A DNA stretch of 64,000 nt from Alphaproteobacteria bacterium (GTDB lineage Bacteria > Pseudomonadota > Alphaproteobacteria > Rhizobiales > Beijerinckiaceae). The notes beneath the pieces were generated by a model. It was given only the letters and a program-made list of their open reading frames with translations, was not told the DNA's origin and ran no database searches. Below, one piece after another: positions 18,045-28,882 of this stretch. Each line of letters opens with the position of its first letter. The stretch's first letter is position 1. Where the stretch lies: assembly GCA_016869595.1 (NCBI GenBank), contig VGDT01000002.1:18878-82877 (forward strand), given 5' to 3'. The translations under genes were made by a program, and so were the position numbers.

Positions 18045-19622
18045 ATGGAGCGACCTCCCTTGCACAGCTTTGCGCCAGACGCATCCGATCCTTCGCTCAA
18101 GGCGACGCGCCGGGAGTGGATCGGGCTCGCCGTCCTCGCCTTGCCGTGCATGGTCTATTCAATGGACCTCACGGTCCTCAATCTCGCCATTCCGTCGCTG
18201 ACGGCTGAGCTGCGGCCGAGCGCGTCGCAACTGCTCTGGATCATCGACATCTATGGCTTCATGGTCGCCGGCTTCCTGATGATCATGGGCGGCCTTGGCG
18301 ATCGCATCGGCCGGCGCAAGGTGTTGCTGCTGGGCGCCGCCGCCTTCGGCGTCATGTCGATCGTTGCGGCCTTTTCCAAATCGGCGCAGACGCTCATTCT
18401 CGCGCGCGCCGCGCTCGGCGTCGCAGGAGCGACGCTCGCGCCTTCAACGTTGTCGCTGATCACCAACATGTTCCGCAATCCGCAGGAGCGAACCTTTGCG
18501 GTCAGCATGTGGATTTCGGCCTTCTCGGCCGGCGCGATTATCGGGCCGCTCGTTGGCGGCGCGCTTATCCAATCCTTCGGCTGGGCCTCGGTCTTTATCG
18601 CTGGCGTTCCGGTGATGATCCTTCTTCTTGTTCTCGGGCCGACGCTTTTGCCGGAATATCGCGATCCGAAGGCCGGCCGACTGGATTTCGTCAGCGCGCT
18701 TCTATCGCTCACGGCGGTGCTGTCCTTCATCTATGGATTGAAGCGCGCCGCCGAGGCGGGCTTTGGGGCCGAGTCGCTCGCATCGATGGTTGCGAGCGTC
18801 GCGCTCGCGTTCCTGTTCCTGCGCCGACAGGCGCGGCTCGAAGACCCGCTGATCGATCTTGCGCTGTTTCGTTCGCGATCCCTGAACATGGCGCTTTGCA
18901 TCAACATCCTCGGCGTCTTCTTCCTGTTCGGGTCGTTCATTCTGCTCGGGCAGTATTATCAGCTCGTCGCGGGATTGACGCCGCTCGACGCAGGTCTGTG
19001 GTCGACGCCGTCGGCGGTCATCTTTACAGTCGGCTCCTTCGCGACGCCTGCGCTCGCGCGCAGGATCAAGCCCGTCAATCTTCTCGCCGGCGGACTCGTT
19101 GTTGCGGCCATCGGGTTTGTCGGTCTCGCGTTGGCGAGCGGATTCTACGGCGTGCTTTTCTCTTCTTTGCTTCTTGTCGGCTTCACGCCGGTGATTGCGC
19201 TGACGACGGAAATCATCGTCACATCGGCGCCGCCGGAGCGGGCCGGCGCGGCCTCCGCTCTGTCCGAGACCGCGAATGAACTTGGCGGCGCGCTCGGCAT
19301 TGGCGTGCTCGGCAGTCTCGGCACGCTCATCTACCGAGCCAAAATGGCCGGGGTCGTCGTGGGACTTCCGCCGGACGTCGCGCGGGTCGCGGGAGCGACG
19401 CTTGGCGGCGCCGCGGATGCGGTCAAATTCCTGTCCGCCGAGCAGGCGGAGAGGACGCTCTCCGCGGCGCGCGACGCTTTCTGCGCCGGATTTCAGGCGA
19501 CCGCCTGGCTCGGCGCCCTGGGGCTGCTCGGCGCGGCGCTGGCGACGAAGATTGCGCTCAAGGAAATGCGGTCGGCGCCGGTCGTAGGCGCCGATGAAAA
19601 GACGCGTTCAGCCGCCGCGTAG
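18045..19622 (+). CDS. MFS transporter, DHA2 (EmrB/QacA, SmvA-like) family
   Basis: LLWIIDIYG...GGLGDRIGRRKVLL, GAIIGPLVGG and AGAASALSETANELGGALG. About 14 TM segments. Confidence 0.92.
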   Translation: MERPPLHSFAPDASDPSLKATRREWIGLAVLALPCMVYSMDLTVLNLAIPSLTAELRPSASQLLWIIDIYGFMVAGFLMIMGGLGDRIGRRKVLLLGAAAFGVMSIVAAFSKSAQTLILARAALGVAGATLAPSTLSLITNMFRNPQERTFAVSMWISAFSAGAIIGPLVGGALIQSFGWASVFIAGVPVMILLLVLGPTLLPEYRDPKAGRLDFVSALLSLTAVLSFIYGLKRAAEAGFGAESLASMVASVALAFLFLRRQARLEDPLIDLALFRSRSLNMALCINILGVFFLFGSFILLGQYYQLVAGLTPLDAGLWSTPSAVIFTVGSFATPALARRIKPVNLLAGGLVVAAIGFVGLALASGFYGVLFSSLLLVGFTPVIALTTEIIVTSAPPERAGAASALSETANELGGALGIGVLGSLGTLIYRAKMAGVVVGLPPDVARVAGATLGGAADAVKFLSAEQAERTLSAARDAFCAGFQATAWLGALGLLGAALATKIALKEMRSAPVVGADEKTRSAAA

Positions 19623-19679
19623 CAGCTCGCCGAACCTTTCTCGCATTCTGCTTGTTTCGCCGACGGCGAATACCAAACT

Positions 19680-20489
19680 CTAAGGCGAAATTCGTTCGAT
19701 CAGCGCAATGGCGGCGGCCGGATTGCGCTCCTTTGCGCCGCTGATGACATAGACAAAGACGTCTCGGGGCGTCGCCGCCTTCGGTTGTGTTCCCGCAACA
19801 TAGTCGAGCCCGCTCGGCGCTGCGCCGCTCGCCCATTGCCGCGCTCGCTGCGCCCAGTCGTCGAGCGCTTTACCATCATAGCCAAGCGGCGCGTTGGAAC
19901 GCGTTCCCATGATGCGCGCATAGACGAAGGGCGCTGTCAGATCGGCGATAAGCGGATATTTTGAATCCGCCGCGATGACGATAGCGACGCCATGTTGGCG
20001 GGCCAGCGTGATGAAATCAGTTGTCTTGAAGCTGTCGTGTCGCGCTTCAATGGCGTGCATCAGCGCATGGCTCCCGATCTTCTTCGGCAGTAGCGAGAGA
20101 AAAGCGTCGAAAAATTCAGGGTCGAATTTCTTCGTGGGCAGAAACTGCCACAAGATGGGTCCGAGTTTATCTCCAAGCTCCGTAACGCCGCTTGCGAAGA
20201 AGCGCTCGATCGACTCGCCGGCCTCCTTCGGCGTTTTGCGCATCACGGCGAAGCGCGGCGCCTTAACGCTGAAAATGAAACCTTCGGGCGTTTCGTCGCG
20301 CCATTTGGCGAAGCTCTCGGCGCTCTGCGTGCGGTAATAGGTGGCGTTGATTTCGATCGAAGTGAGCTTGCGGCTCGCATATTCGAGTTCGCGCTTATGC
20401 GGCAGGTTGGAGGGATAGAAAGATGTGCGCCAGGGCGCGTAATTCCATCCGCCCACGCCGACATAGATGCGTCCCGTCTTTCCACTCAT
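19680..20489 (-). CDS. DUF72 (YecE-like) protein
   Basis: VGVGGWNY..W...FYP, SIEINATYY, KWRDETPEGFIFSVKAP, LGPILWQF and AIEARH. Confidence 0.9.
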   Translation of the reverse strand: MSGKTGRIYVGVGGWNYAPWRTSFYPSNLPHKRELEYASRKLTSIEINATYYRTQSAESFAKWRDETPEGFIFSVKAPRFAVMRKTPKEAGESIERFFASGVTELGDKLGPILWQFLPTKKFDPEFFDAFLSLLPKKIGSHALMHAIEARHDSFKTTDFITLARQHGVAIVIAADSKYPLIADLTAPFVYARIMGTRSNAPLGYDGKALDDWAQRARQWASGAAPSGLDYVAGTQPKAATPRDVFVYVISGAKERNPAAAIALIERISP

Positions 20490-20624
20490 ATGCTTTCCAG
20501 CCTAGTATCTCGAGGGCTTGAGAACTGACCCTGCCGCGCCATCTTGGCGTCATCGCCAACATATTTATCTTCGTCGCCGGCTGTCGATTGGTAGAGGATC
20601 GCCGGGACGTTCGGGAGACCCACA

Positions 20625-21956
20625 ATGGCGGCGAATTCTATCTGGAAAATCGTTTTTGCTTTGGCCGCAATTGCGCTTGCCGCCTGCGATCGCGGCCCGG
20701 AACTGCCAGAGAGCGCCGGCTATGGACCTAATCCGACGCTACCCGAGCCGCACCCGACAGGCGCCTTTCCTTACGTCAACATCGCGCGCGCGGTGGGCTG
20801 GTCGGGCGCTGCCAAACCCACGCCCGCTGAAGGTTTACGCGTCGAGGCCTTTGCAACGGGACTCGATCATCCGCGCTGGCTGTATGAATTGCCGAACGGC
20901 GACATTCTTGTCGCCGAAACCGATGCGCCGCCCAAGTCCGAAAACGAAGGAGGCGGCGGCATTCGCGGCTTCTTTATGGGTCTCTATATGCGCCAAGCCG
21001 GCGCCGATCACCCCAGCGCAAACCGCATCACGATCCTGCGCGACTCTGACGGCGACGGCGTCGCCGAGACGAAGGAGATCTTTCTGGAAAACCTCTATTC
21101 GCCCTTCGGCATGGCGCTCGTTGGCAATCAACTTTATGTCGCCAACGCCGATTCGCTCGTGCGTTTTCCGTACAAGGAAGGCGACACGCGCATCGAAGCG
21201 CCGCCGGAAAAGATCGTCGATCTGCCGTCGGGACGAAATTGGCACTGGACCAAGTGCCTCGTCGCCGACCCTGTAGGCTCGCGCCTTTACGTGGGCGTGG
21301 GGTCCAACTCCAATGTCGCCGAGAATGGGATGGACGAGGAGTATAACCGCGCCGACATCTTGGAAATCAATCCGACGACAGGAGACATGCGGGTGTTTGC
21401 CTCCGGGCTGCGCAACCCCGTCGGGATGGATTGGAACCCGACAACCGGCGATCTCTGGGTCGCGGTGAATGAACGCGACGAGATCGGCGACAATCTGGTT
21501 CCGGATTACATGACGAAGGTGCGCGAAGGCGCATTTTACGGTTGGCCATACAGCTACTATGGCCAGCATGTGGACGAGCGCGTGCGGCCGCAGAATCCTG
21601 AACTGGTCAAAGAGGCGATACGGCCGGATTATGCGCTCGGCTCTCATACGGCCTCGCTCGGACTTGCATTCGTGGGCGGCGCCGACCTCGGTCCCTTTCA
21701 GAACGGCGCGATCATTGGCCAGCATGGCTCGTGGAACCGCAGTCCGAAGGCCGGATACCGCGTGATCTTTGTGAAGTTTGAAAACGGCGTTCCGGTCGGC
21801 GGGCCGAAAGAGGTGCTGACCGGCTTTCTGAACGAGCGTGGAGAAGCGCAAGGGAGGCCCGTCGGCGTCATCATCGACAAGCGCGGCGGACTGCTCGTCG
21901 CCGACGACGTCGGCGGCGTGGTGTGGCGGGCGAGCGCGGCCAAGGAGGCCGACTGA
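20625..21956 (+). CDS. L-sorbosone dehydrogenase-family (PQQ-dependent sugar dehydrogenase) lipoprotein
   Basis: Lipobox [48 protein letters not shown] and QHGSWNR. Confidence 0.88.
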   Translation: MAANSIWKIVFALAAIALAACDRGPELPESAGYGPNPTLPEPHPTGAFPYVNIARAVGWSGAAKPTPAEGLRVEAFATGLDHPRWLYELPNGDILVAETDAPPKSENEGGGGIRGFFMGLYMRQAGADHPSANRITILRDSDGDGVAETKEIFLENLYSPFGMALVGNQLYVANADSLVRFPYKEGDTRIEAPPEKIVDLPSGRNWHWTKCLVADPVGSRLYVGVGSNSNVAENGMDEEYNRADILEINPTTGDMRVFASGLRNPVGMDWNPTTGDLWVAVNERDEIGDNLVPDYMTKVREGAFYGWPYSYYGQHVDERVRPQNPELVKEAIRPDYALGSHTASLGLAFVGGADLGPFQNGAIIGQHGSWNRSPKAGYRVIFVKFENGVPVGGPKEVLTGFLNERGEAQGRPVGVIIDKRGGLLVADDVGGVVWRASAAKEAD

Positions 21957-22042
21957 CCGGCTTCGCTCGCATTTGGCCGCCGCCTGTGCTAACGGCTGCG
22001 GCCAGCTCGGCTTTTCCGGGCTAAGTCAAGGGTCTGGAGCAG

Positions 22043-22819
22043 ATGTCCGATATTTTCCACGAGGTCGATGAAGACGTCCGGCGCGACAAGGCGGCGGAGC
22101 TTTGGCGGCGCTATCAGACGCCCATCCTGATCCTGGCCGTGCTGGTTATCGCGGCAACCGGCGCTTGGAGCTATTACCAAACCAACCGCCAAAAAGCGGC
22201 GGAGGCCGCCAACGCGCGTTTCGAAGCCGCAGTCGCGCTCGCCAATGAAGGCAAGGCGCAGGAGGCGGCCGCCGCATTCGATAGTCTCGCCAAGGACGGT
22301 CCCAAGGGCTATGCGACGCTCGCCCGCATTCGCGCCGCGGAGCTGCGCGCGGACAAGGCGCGCGCGCTTGCGGAGCTGAACGCGATCGCCGAGGACAAGA
22401 ACGTCGACAAGCTCAATCAGGAGGTGGCGCTGCTGCGCGCGGCCCTGATCATTCTCGAGAGCGGCGATCGCCAGAAAATGGAGCGCGCGCTTGGGCCGAT
22501 GATGACGTCGAATGATGCGTTCCGCTTCTCAGCGCAGGAATGGAATGGCCTCGACGCGCTCGCCAATGATGATTTCGACGAGGCCGAGCGGGTCTTCAAT
22601 ATTCTGCTCAGCGATCGCGACGCCCCGCAGTCCATGCGTCAGCGCGCCGCCGCCTATCGCGGATTGCTTCACGCCAAGCGCGGACCAAAACCGGCCGCAG
22701 CGGCGCCTGCGGGAAGCGGCGCGACGAGCGGCAATGTCTCCGTCACGCCGGTGATCGAGCCTGAGGATGGCGCGGCATCGTCTGGCGACGCGCCTTTTGA
22801 GGTGAAGCCGTCGAAATAG
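22043..22819 (+). CDS. YfgM-like tetratricopeptide membrane-anchored protein
   Basis: [16 protein letters not shown], one TM segment, then Ala-rich TPR-like helices. Lies directly upstream of der. Confidence 0.85.
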   Translation: MSDIFHEVDEDVRRDKAAELWRRYQTPILILAVLVIAATGAWSYYQTNRQKAAEAANARFEAAVALANEGKAQEAAAAFDSLAKDGPKGYATLARIRAAELRADKARALAELNAIAEDKNVDKLNQEVALLRAALIILESGDRQKMERALGPMMTSNDAFRFSAQEWNGLDALANDDFDEAERVFNILLSDRDAPQSMRQRAAAYRGLLHAKRGPKPAAAAPAGSGATSGNVSVTPVIEPEDGAASSGDAPFEVKPSK

Positions 22820-22856
22820 CGCGCGTGGTCGCGCAAGCGCGGCGAGAAAACGAGTC

Positions 22857-24242
22857 ATGTCCTTTTCGCTCGCGATCATCGGCCGCCCGAATGTCGGCAA
22901 ATCGACGCTGTTCAATCGCCTGACAGGCAAGAAGCTGGCGCTTGTCGATGATCGTCCGGGCGTCACTCGCGACCGTCGCGAGGGCGAAGCCAGACTCGCC
23001 GATCTGCGCTTCACCATCATCGACACAGCCGGTCTCGAAGAAGGCCCGAGCGCGACGCTCGAAGGGCGAATGCGCGCGCAGACCGAGAGCGCGATCCTCG
23101 CCGCTGACGCCATTCTCTTCCTTATCGATGCGCGCGCCGGCGTCACGCCTGACGACAAATATTTCGCCGATCTCGTTCGCCGCGCCGGCAAGCCTGTGAT
23201 CCTCATCGCCAACAAGGCTGAAGGAAAGGCGGGCGAGGCGGGCGCCTATGACGCCTTTTCGCTCGGCCTCGGCGACCCCGTGCCGCTTTCCGCCGAACAT
23301 GGCGAAGGCATGGGCGAACTCTACGACGCGCTGCGCGAGGCTCTGCCCGAAGAGACCGCTGAGCCTGAGGAAGAGGAGCTTCTCATTGAAGAGAATCTGC
23401 GGAGCGATGAGGAGGACGGCAGCGACCTCGATGTGACGAAGCCCTTGCGGATCGCGGTCGTCGGACGGCCCAATGCAGGGAAATCGACGCTGATCAACCG
23501 CATACTCGGCGAAGAGCGGCTGCTGACTGGACCCGAAGCGGGAATTACGCGCGACTCAATTTCCGTCGATTTCGTTTGGCGCGACCGCAAGATGAAGCTT
23601 TTCGACACGGCCGGTCTGCGCAAGCGCGCGCGCGTCGTCGACAAGTTGGAAAAGCTTTCCGCCGCAGACGCGCTGCGCGCCGTGCGGTTCTCGGAAGTCG
23701 TCGTGCTGCTCATCGATTCGACGATTCCCTTCGAGAAGCAGGATCTCTCGATCGCGGACCTCGCGGCCCGCGAAGGGCGCGCGGTGGTTATCGCGCTCGG
23801 CAAATGGGACCTGATCGAAGATCGCGGCGCCATATTCGCAAAGTTGCGGGAAGACGCCGAGCGCCTGTTGCCGCAGTTGCGCGGCTGCCCGGTTGTCCCG
23901 GTCTCGGGGGCGACAGGGCAGGGGCTCGATAAGCTCATGCAGGCGATCGTCGCCGTTCACGAGACTTGGAACAGGCGCATCGCCACGGCGCGGCTCAACC
24001 GCTGGCTTCTCGCGCAAGTCGAGGAGACGCCGCCGCCGGCGGTTTCCGGACGGCGCATCAAGATCCGCTACATGACCCAGGCGAAATCGCGCCCGCCGCA
24101 TTTTGTGCTCTTCGGCAATCAGCTCGACGAATTGCCGGCGAGTTATGAGCGCTTCTTAATCAATGGGCTGCGCAAGACTTTCGATCTTCCCGGCGTGCCG
24201 ATCAGGATCTCAAAAAAGGCGGGCGATAATCCTTACGCGTGA
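22857..24242 (+). CDS. der: Ribosome biogenesis GTPase Der (EngA)
   Basis: Two G-domains ([19 protein letters not shown] and [15 protein letters not shown]) plus a KH-like C-terminus. Confidence 0.97.
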   Translation: MSFSLAIIGRPNVGKSTLFNRLTGKKLALVDDRPGVTRDRREGEARLADLRFTIIDTAGLEEGPSATLEGRMRAQTESAILAADAILFLIDARAGVTPDDKYFADLVRRAGKPVILIANKAEGKAGEAGAYDAFSLGLGDPVPLSAEHGEGMGELYDALREALPEETAEPEEEELLIEENLRSDEEDGSDLDVTKPLRIAVVGRPNAGKSTLINRILGEERLLTGPEAGITRDSISVDFVWRDRKMKLFDTAGLRKRARVVDKLEKLSAADALRAVRFSEVVVLLIDSTIPFEKQDLSIADLAAREGRAVVIALGKWDLIEDRGAIFAKLREDAERLLPQLRGCPVVPVSGATGQGLDKLMQAIVAVHETWNRRIATARLNRWLLAQVEETPPPAVSGRRIKIRYMTQAKSRPPHFVLFGNQLDELPASYERFLINGLRKTFDLPGVPIRISKKAGDNPYA

Positions 24243-24271
24243 CCGCGCGGGGATTGAGTTCGCGTTGCCGG

Positions 24272-24859
24272 CTATCCGCGCCCAAGCGCGTCGCGCACAG
24301 ACGCCGCAAGGGCGGCGCGGCGACCCGCTTCATTGACGAGAGCGACTCTGAGCGTCATCGGCAGTTCGAGTTGAACGCCGGCGCCCGAGCGGCATCTATT
24401 GCAAATATTGGCGGGATCGCGTCCCGCGAGGCGATGGCCTTCACCGATCGACTTCGCCTTAAAACCGGCGCTCGCGAGCGCGCCGCAAATGGCGTCGCGC
24501 AGACTCTCATGGAGGCCGCCGACCCAGATAGAAGTTCTATCTACGCCATCTATTCGTCCGTGCACGCCAATTGCGACCTCCGAAGCTGAGACGAGCCGCA
24601 GCGCCCGCGGCTCGTCGAAGCGCATCGACGTGATATGGAGCCGTCCGCTGCTGGCTTGCGTCAGGCCTTCGAAGCAATAGAGGGAGAAGCGGTCCGCCGC
24701 GATCGCCGCCGCGACCTCCGAGGTTGCGCGCTCGATCAACCCGCCGTGCGGCGCAATGATGACGAAGGGCGAGGCGCGTTCGTCGACGCGAATGCGATAA
24801 TCGACGCCTTCGATTTCATTCGCTGCAAGCGTCGCGAAACTATCGTATCGGTCCGCCAT
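24272..24859 (-). CDS. Poly-gamma-glutamate hydrolase family (PghP/DUF867-like)
   Basis: YDSFATL, IIAPHGGLIE, YCFEGL, LHITSMRFDEP, GVHG, NICNR and GVQLEL. Confidence 0.85.
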   Translation of the reverse strand: MADRYDSFATLAANEIEGVDYRIRVDERASPFVIIAPHGGLIERATSEVAAAIAADRFSLYCFEGLTQASSGRLHITSMRFDEPRALRLVSASEVAIGVHGRIDGVDRTSIWVGGLHESLRDAICGALASAGFKAKSIGEGHRLAGRDPANICNRCRSGAGVQLELPMTLRVALVNEAGRRAALAASVRDALGRG

Positions 24860-24915
24860 GTGATTAAAGGCCTCGACGCATGAGCTGGATGGCTCACATG
24901 CTCAAGGAAAGCATT

Positions 24916-25929
24916 ATGACGGCAAAGCCTTCTCCTGAAAAACTTCTCGCCCTAGGCATGTCTTTCTGGAACGCCAAGACGCTGCTCTCGGCGGTGGAGC
25001 TCGGCGTCTTCGACGCTCTCGCCGACGGTCCAGCCGACCTTGCGACGCTGACGGCGAAACTCGGCCTGCACGAACGCTCAGCGCGCGATTTTTTCGATGC
25101 GCTCGTCGCGATGAAAGTTTTGGATCGCGACGCCGATGGGCGTTACGCCAATACGCCCGAGACGGAATTTTTCCTCGTGCGCACTCGGCCGAGCTATGTC
25201 GGCGGACTGTTTGAGATGGCCAATGCGCGTCTCTATTCAAGCTGGGGAAATTTGACGGAGGCGCTGAGAACCGGTCGACGCCAAAGCGAGAATCAGGAGG
25301 CGAGCGATCTCTTCGCAGCGCTTTACGCCGATCCCAAACGTCTGCGCGGCTTCCTGGCGGCGATGAGCGGCGTCAGCGCCGGCGCGGCGCAAGCGATCGC
25401 CGATAAATTTCCCTGGCGGGACTACAAGACATTTGTCGATGTCGGCGCCGCGCAGGGCATGGTCCCGGTCACCATCGCGCGCGCGCATACGCATCTTACG
25501 GGCGCAGGTTTTGATCTGCAGCAAGTTGGACCGATATTCGAGGAATATGTCGCCGCGAATGGGCTCGCCGATCGCGTGCGTTTCCATCCTGGCGACTTTT
25601 TCAAGGATGAACTGCCGAAGGCCGACGTCATCATCATGGGCCACATTCTTCATGACTGGGATCTCGAGCAGAAGCGCATGCTACTGAGGAAAGCCCATGA
25701 CGCGCTCCCTGAGGGCGGCGCGCTCATTGTTTACGAGGCCATGATCGACAATGATCGTCGGGAGAACGCCTTCGGTCTGCTCATGAGTCTCAATATGCTG
25801 ATCGAAACCGACGGCGGCTTCGACTTCACCGGCGCCGACTGCCAGGGCTGGATGAAGGAAGCCGGGTTTTCCCACTCCCGCGTCGAGCATCTGACAGGGC
25901 CGAATTCGATGGCGGTGGCCTTCAAATAG
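24916..25929 (+). CDS. SAM-dependent O-methyltransferase (dimerisation + Methyltransf_2 domains)
   Basis: [29 protein letters not shown] and GHILHDWD. Confidence 0.9.
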   Translation: MTAKPSPEKLLALGMSFWNAKTLLSAVELGVFDALADGPADLATLTAKLGLHERSARDFFDALVAMKVLDRDADGRYANTPETEFFLVRTRPSYVGGLFEMANARLYSSWGNLTEALRTGRRQSENQEASDLFAALYADPKRLRGFLAAMSGVSAGAAQAIADKFPWRDYKTFVDVGAAQGMVPVTIARAHTHLTGAGFDLQQVGPIFEEYVAANGLADRVRFHPGDFFKDELPKADVIIMGHILHDWDLEQKRMLLRKAHDALPEGGALIVYEAMIDNDRRENAFGLLMSLNMLIETDGGFDFTGADCQGWMKEAGFSHSRVEHLTGPNSMAVAFK

Positions 25930-26012
25930 CTTCGCTCCAGGCACCGCGTTGTACAGCGCCTGCGGCTAATTCGCGCGGCGTTGTGGCCGATTTGGGGTTG
26001 GACAGAAGCTAG

Positions 26013-26029
26013 TTTTGAATTATTCTAAT
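26013..26029 (+). promoter_or_regulatory. Putative Irr box (iron control element) upstream of rubrerythrin
   Basis: TTTTGAATTATTCTAAT matches the ICE consensus TTTRGAAYNRTTCYAAA at 15/17 positions, about 55 bp before the start codon. Confidence 0.7.
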
Positions 26030-26082
26030 TCGTGTGTCGCGCGCCCGAGGGCCGCGCCGACTCGAAATATCGGAGGCAAGAA

Positions 26083-26502
26083 ATGGCTATGCTCAAGGGC
26101 AGCAAGACCGAAGAAAATTTGAAGGCTGCTTTCGCTGGCGAATCGCAAGCGAATCGCCGTTATCTCTATTTCGCTCAAAAGGCCGATGTCGAAGGCTACA
26201 ATGACGTCGCCGCCGTGTTCCGCTCCACCGCCGAAGGCGAGACGGGCCACGCGCATGGTCATTTGGAGTTTCTTGAAACCGTCGGCGACCCCGCGACCGG
26301 CCTGCCGATCGGCAAGACCGCCGACAATCTGAAGGCCGCCGTCGCCGGCGAGACCCACGAATATACGGACATGTATCCCGGCATGGCGCGCTCGGCCCGC
26401 GAAGAGGGCTTCGAGGAGATCGCCGACTGGTTCGAGACGCTCGCCAAGGCCGAGCGTTCGCACGCCGGCCGGTTCCAGCGCGCGCTCGACGAGCTGAAGT
26501 AG
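26083..26502 (+). CDS. Rubrerythrin, aerobic type (no rubredoxin domain)
   Basis: [38 protein letters not shown] and KAERSH diiron ligands. No C-terminal CxxC pair. Confidence 0.94.
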   Translation: MAMLKGSKTEENLKAAFAGESQANRRYLYFAQKADVEGYNDVAAVFRSTAEGETGHAHGHLEFLETVGDPATGLPIGKTADNLKAAVAGETHEYTDMYPGMARSAREEGFEEIADWFETLAKAERSHAGRFQRALDELK

Positions 26503-26537
26503 GGATAGAGCGACTACCCGAAAAGGAGTTCCCTTTA

Positions 26538-26731
26538 CGTCATGGCCGGGCTTGTCCCGGCCATCCACGCAATGGGACTGCGGAAAGCTGAGCGACTCGT
26601 CGAGCGCTAGCGGCGTGGTCGCGGCGGCGTCTCTGCAATGCGGCGACCGCTCCGCGGCGTCGCGGCGTGGATGGCTGGGACATAGGCGAGCGAAGCGACG
26701 CCGTCTTTGACGGCTTTGCCCGGGCATGACG
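26538..26731. repeat. CGTC-type REP doublet
   Basis: cgtcatggccgggcttgtcccggccatccacg ... cgtggatggctgggac[insert]gcccgggcatgacg. Confidence 0.85.
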
Positions 26732-26756
26732 ACCGTTGTGTTTTGGAACAACAAAG

Positions 26757-28103
26757 ATGAGAGAAGGCAGTCTGGAGGCCCCGATCCGGCATCCGCTGGA
26801 TTGGAAGAGCGCGGATTTTTATGACGAGGCGAAACTCGACGCCGAAATGCGCCGGGTCTTCGACATCTGTCATACCTGCCGGCGCTGCTTCAATCTATGC
26901 GACTCCTTCCCGCGGCTTTTCGATCTGATCGACGAGTCGAAAAGCGGCGAGCTTGATACGGTCGCGAGCGCGGATTTCAAGAAAGTCGTAGACGCCTGTA
27001 CGCTTTGCGACATGTGCTTCATGACAAAGTGCCCCTATGTGCCGCCGCATGAATTCAACATAGATTTTCCGCATCTGATTCTGCGCTACCGCGCCGCCGA
27101 AGCGAAGAAGAAGGGCGTGTCCGCCGCCGATCGCGCGCTTGCGGACACTGACCGCAACGGCAAATGGGCGACGCTGATCTCAGGCGCCGCCAATTGGGCG
27201 ACGCGCCGCGACAATAAGACGATGCGCGGCCTCGAAGAGAAAATCGCTGGCATCGATCGCAACGCTGAATTGCCGAAATACGCCAGCAAGACGCTTGAAG
27301 CGCAGGCCGCCGTAAATCCGCCGGCGCGCGACGAGTCTGCGCCTGCCAAATCGCGCAAGGCCGTGCTCTACGCCACCTGCTACGGCGACTATAACGATAC
27401 GTCCATCGGCATGTCGGCCCTCGCCGTGCTCGCAAAGAACGGCGTCGAGATGAAAGTCGTGCATCCCGCCTGCTGCGGCATGCCGAAGCTCGAACAGGGC
27501 ATGATTGAAGAGGTGGCGGAGGCGGCGCGTAAGGTCGCGGCGGCCTTTGCGCCTTATATCGACGAGGGCTACGACATTGTCGCGCTAGTGCCTTCCTGCG
27601 CGCTGATGCTGAAATTTGAATGGCCGCTCATTCTGCCGGAGGACGAAAGCGTCAAGCGTCTGGCGGCGGCGACATTCGACCTCTCCGAATATGTCGTCGA
27701 CATCGCGCGTAAAGAGGGGCTCGCGGAAGGCATGTCTCGTCTCGACGGCGGCGTCGCGTTCCATGTGTCCTGTCATTCGCGCGCCCAGAACATCGGCCAG
27801 AAAGGCGCCGAGCTTCTTGCGCTGATCCCGGAGGCCGACGTGGCCGTGGTCGAGCGCTGCTCGGGCCATGGCGGCGCCTGGGGTTACAAGAAGGGCAATT
27901 TCGAAACGGCGATGAAGGTGGGCAAGCCCGCCGCGCGGCAGATGCAGAGCGCCGGCAAGAGGCATATCGTTTCCGAATGCCCGCTCGCCGGACTGCATAT
28001 CGAACAGGAAATCGAAACGCTGGGCGGCGAAACGCCAAAGCCGGAACGCGTCGGCCATCCGATCGTATTGATAGCCAGAGCTTACGGAATCACAGGCGCG
28101 TAA
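26757..28103 (+). CDS. Rubrerythrin-associated Fe-S oxidoreductase (GlpC/Hdr-like, CCG domains)
   Basis: CHTCRRCFNLC and CTLCDMCFMTKCPY 4Fe-4S motifs; ACCGMP and CSGHGG CCG motifs. Confidence 0.9.
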   Translation: MREGSLEAPIRHPLDWKSADFYDEAKLDAEMRRVFDICHTCRRCFNLCDSFPRLFDLIDESKSGELDTVASADFKKVVDACTLCDMCFMTKCPYVPPHEFNIDFPHLILRYRAAEAKKKGVSAADRALADTDRNGKWATLISGAANWATRRDNKTMRGLEEKIAGIDRNAELPKYASKTLEAQAAVNPPARDESAPAKSRKAVLYATCYGDYNDTSIGMSALAVLAKNGVEMKVVHPACCGMPKLEQGMIEEVAEAARKVAAAFAPYIDEGYDIVALVPSCALMLKFEWPLILPEDESVKRLAAATFDLSEYVVDIARKEGLAEGMSRLDGGVAFHVSCHSRAQNIGQKGAELLALIPEADVAVVERCSGHGGAWGYKKGNFETAMKVGKPAARQMQSAGKRHIVSECPLAGLHIEQEIETLGGETPKPERVGHPIVLIARAYGITGA

Positions 28104-28116
28104 ACGTTAGGTTTTT

Positions 28117-28222
28117 CCTCATCCTGAGGAGCTCGCGTCTCGAAGGACGAGGAAAAATTTGCGCAGGATGCTTCGCCCTCGTGCTTCGAGACGCATCCCT
28201 TGGATGCTCCTCAGCATGAGGG
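28117..28222. repeat. CTCAT/ATGAG-type palindromic intergenic repeat
   Basis: cctcatcctgaggagc...tctcgaagga ... ttcgagacgc...gctcctcagcatgaggg inverted pair. Confidence 0.8.
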
Positions 28223-28247
28223 CTTAGGTTGATGGAGCACCAAGAAG

Positions 28248-28838
28248 ATGACGAGCCGTCACGAACTCACGCACGCCGATATCCTGCCCTGGGCGGAATA
28301 CGCCAAAGCGCGCGGCGAGCATCGCAAGCGCATCACGGCGCTCAAGCGGCATCGCCGGGTGGAGGTCGGGCCCTACGTCACTTTCTATTTTGAGAATTTC
28401 GACACGATGTGGCTGCAGGTGCAGGAGATGCTGCATATCGAGAGAGGCGGCGAGGCGCAGCTCGCCGACGAGCTTGCCGCCTATAATCCGCTCATCCCGA
28501 AGGGTAACGAACTCGTCGCGACCTTCATGATCGAGATCGACGATGCGCTACGCCGCGCGCGCGTATTGGCGCAACTCGGCGGCATCGAGGAAATGGCGTT
28601 TATCGAAGTCGGTGGCCAGCGTGTCGCCGGCAAGGCCGAAGAAGACCAGGACCGCACCACGGCCGAGGGCAAGGCGAGCAGCGTGCAATTCGTGCATTTT
28701 ACCTTCACGGACGCGCAGATCGCCGCGTTCAAAGAGCCGAACGCGCGGGCGATCCTGGGCCTGTCGCACCCCAATTACAGCCATATGGCGGTGTTGTCGG
28801 AAGCGACGCGCGCAGCGCTGGCAGGGGATTTCGCCTAA
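28248..28838 (+). CDS. DUF3501-family protein
   Basis: RRVEVGPYVTFYFENFDTMWLQVQEMLHIE, AYNPLIP and ASSVQFVHF. Third gene of the rubrerythrin cluster. Confidence 0.88.
   Translation: MTSRHELTHADILPWAEYAKARGEHRKRITALKRHRRVEVGPYVTFYFENFDTMWLQVQEMLHIERGGEAQLADELAAYNPLIPKGNELVATFMIEIDDALRRARVLAQLGGIEEMAFIEVGGQRVAGKAEEDQDRTTAEGKASSVQFVHFTFTDAQIAAFKEPNARAILGLSHPNYSHMAVLSEATRAALAGDFA
28759..28838 (+). repeat. 80-bp direct repeat, copy 1 (current 3' end of the DUF3501 gene)
   Basis: 73/80 identical to 29509-29588. Confidence 0.92.
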
Positions 28839-28847
28839 CCGCCGCAG

Positions 28848-28875
28848 TTGACGTGATACGGCAATGCCGTATACT
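28848..28875 (+). promoter_or_regulatory. Sigma70 promoter with overlapping operator palindrome for the TA operon
   Basis: TTGACG-N16-TATACT. The perfect inverted repeat ATACGGC-AAT-GCCGTAT (28856-28872) overlaps the -10. Confidence 0.8.
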
Positions 28876-28882
28876 TAACCCA

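Noticed and set aside
28832-28855. GCCTAAC...GTTGACG as an integron attC site around the TA cassette
   Set aside because: The spacing is too short, the R' box is imperfect, and there is no integron integrase or second attC. The 80-bp gene-end duplication explains the junctions better.
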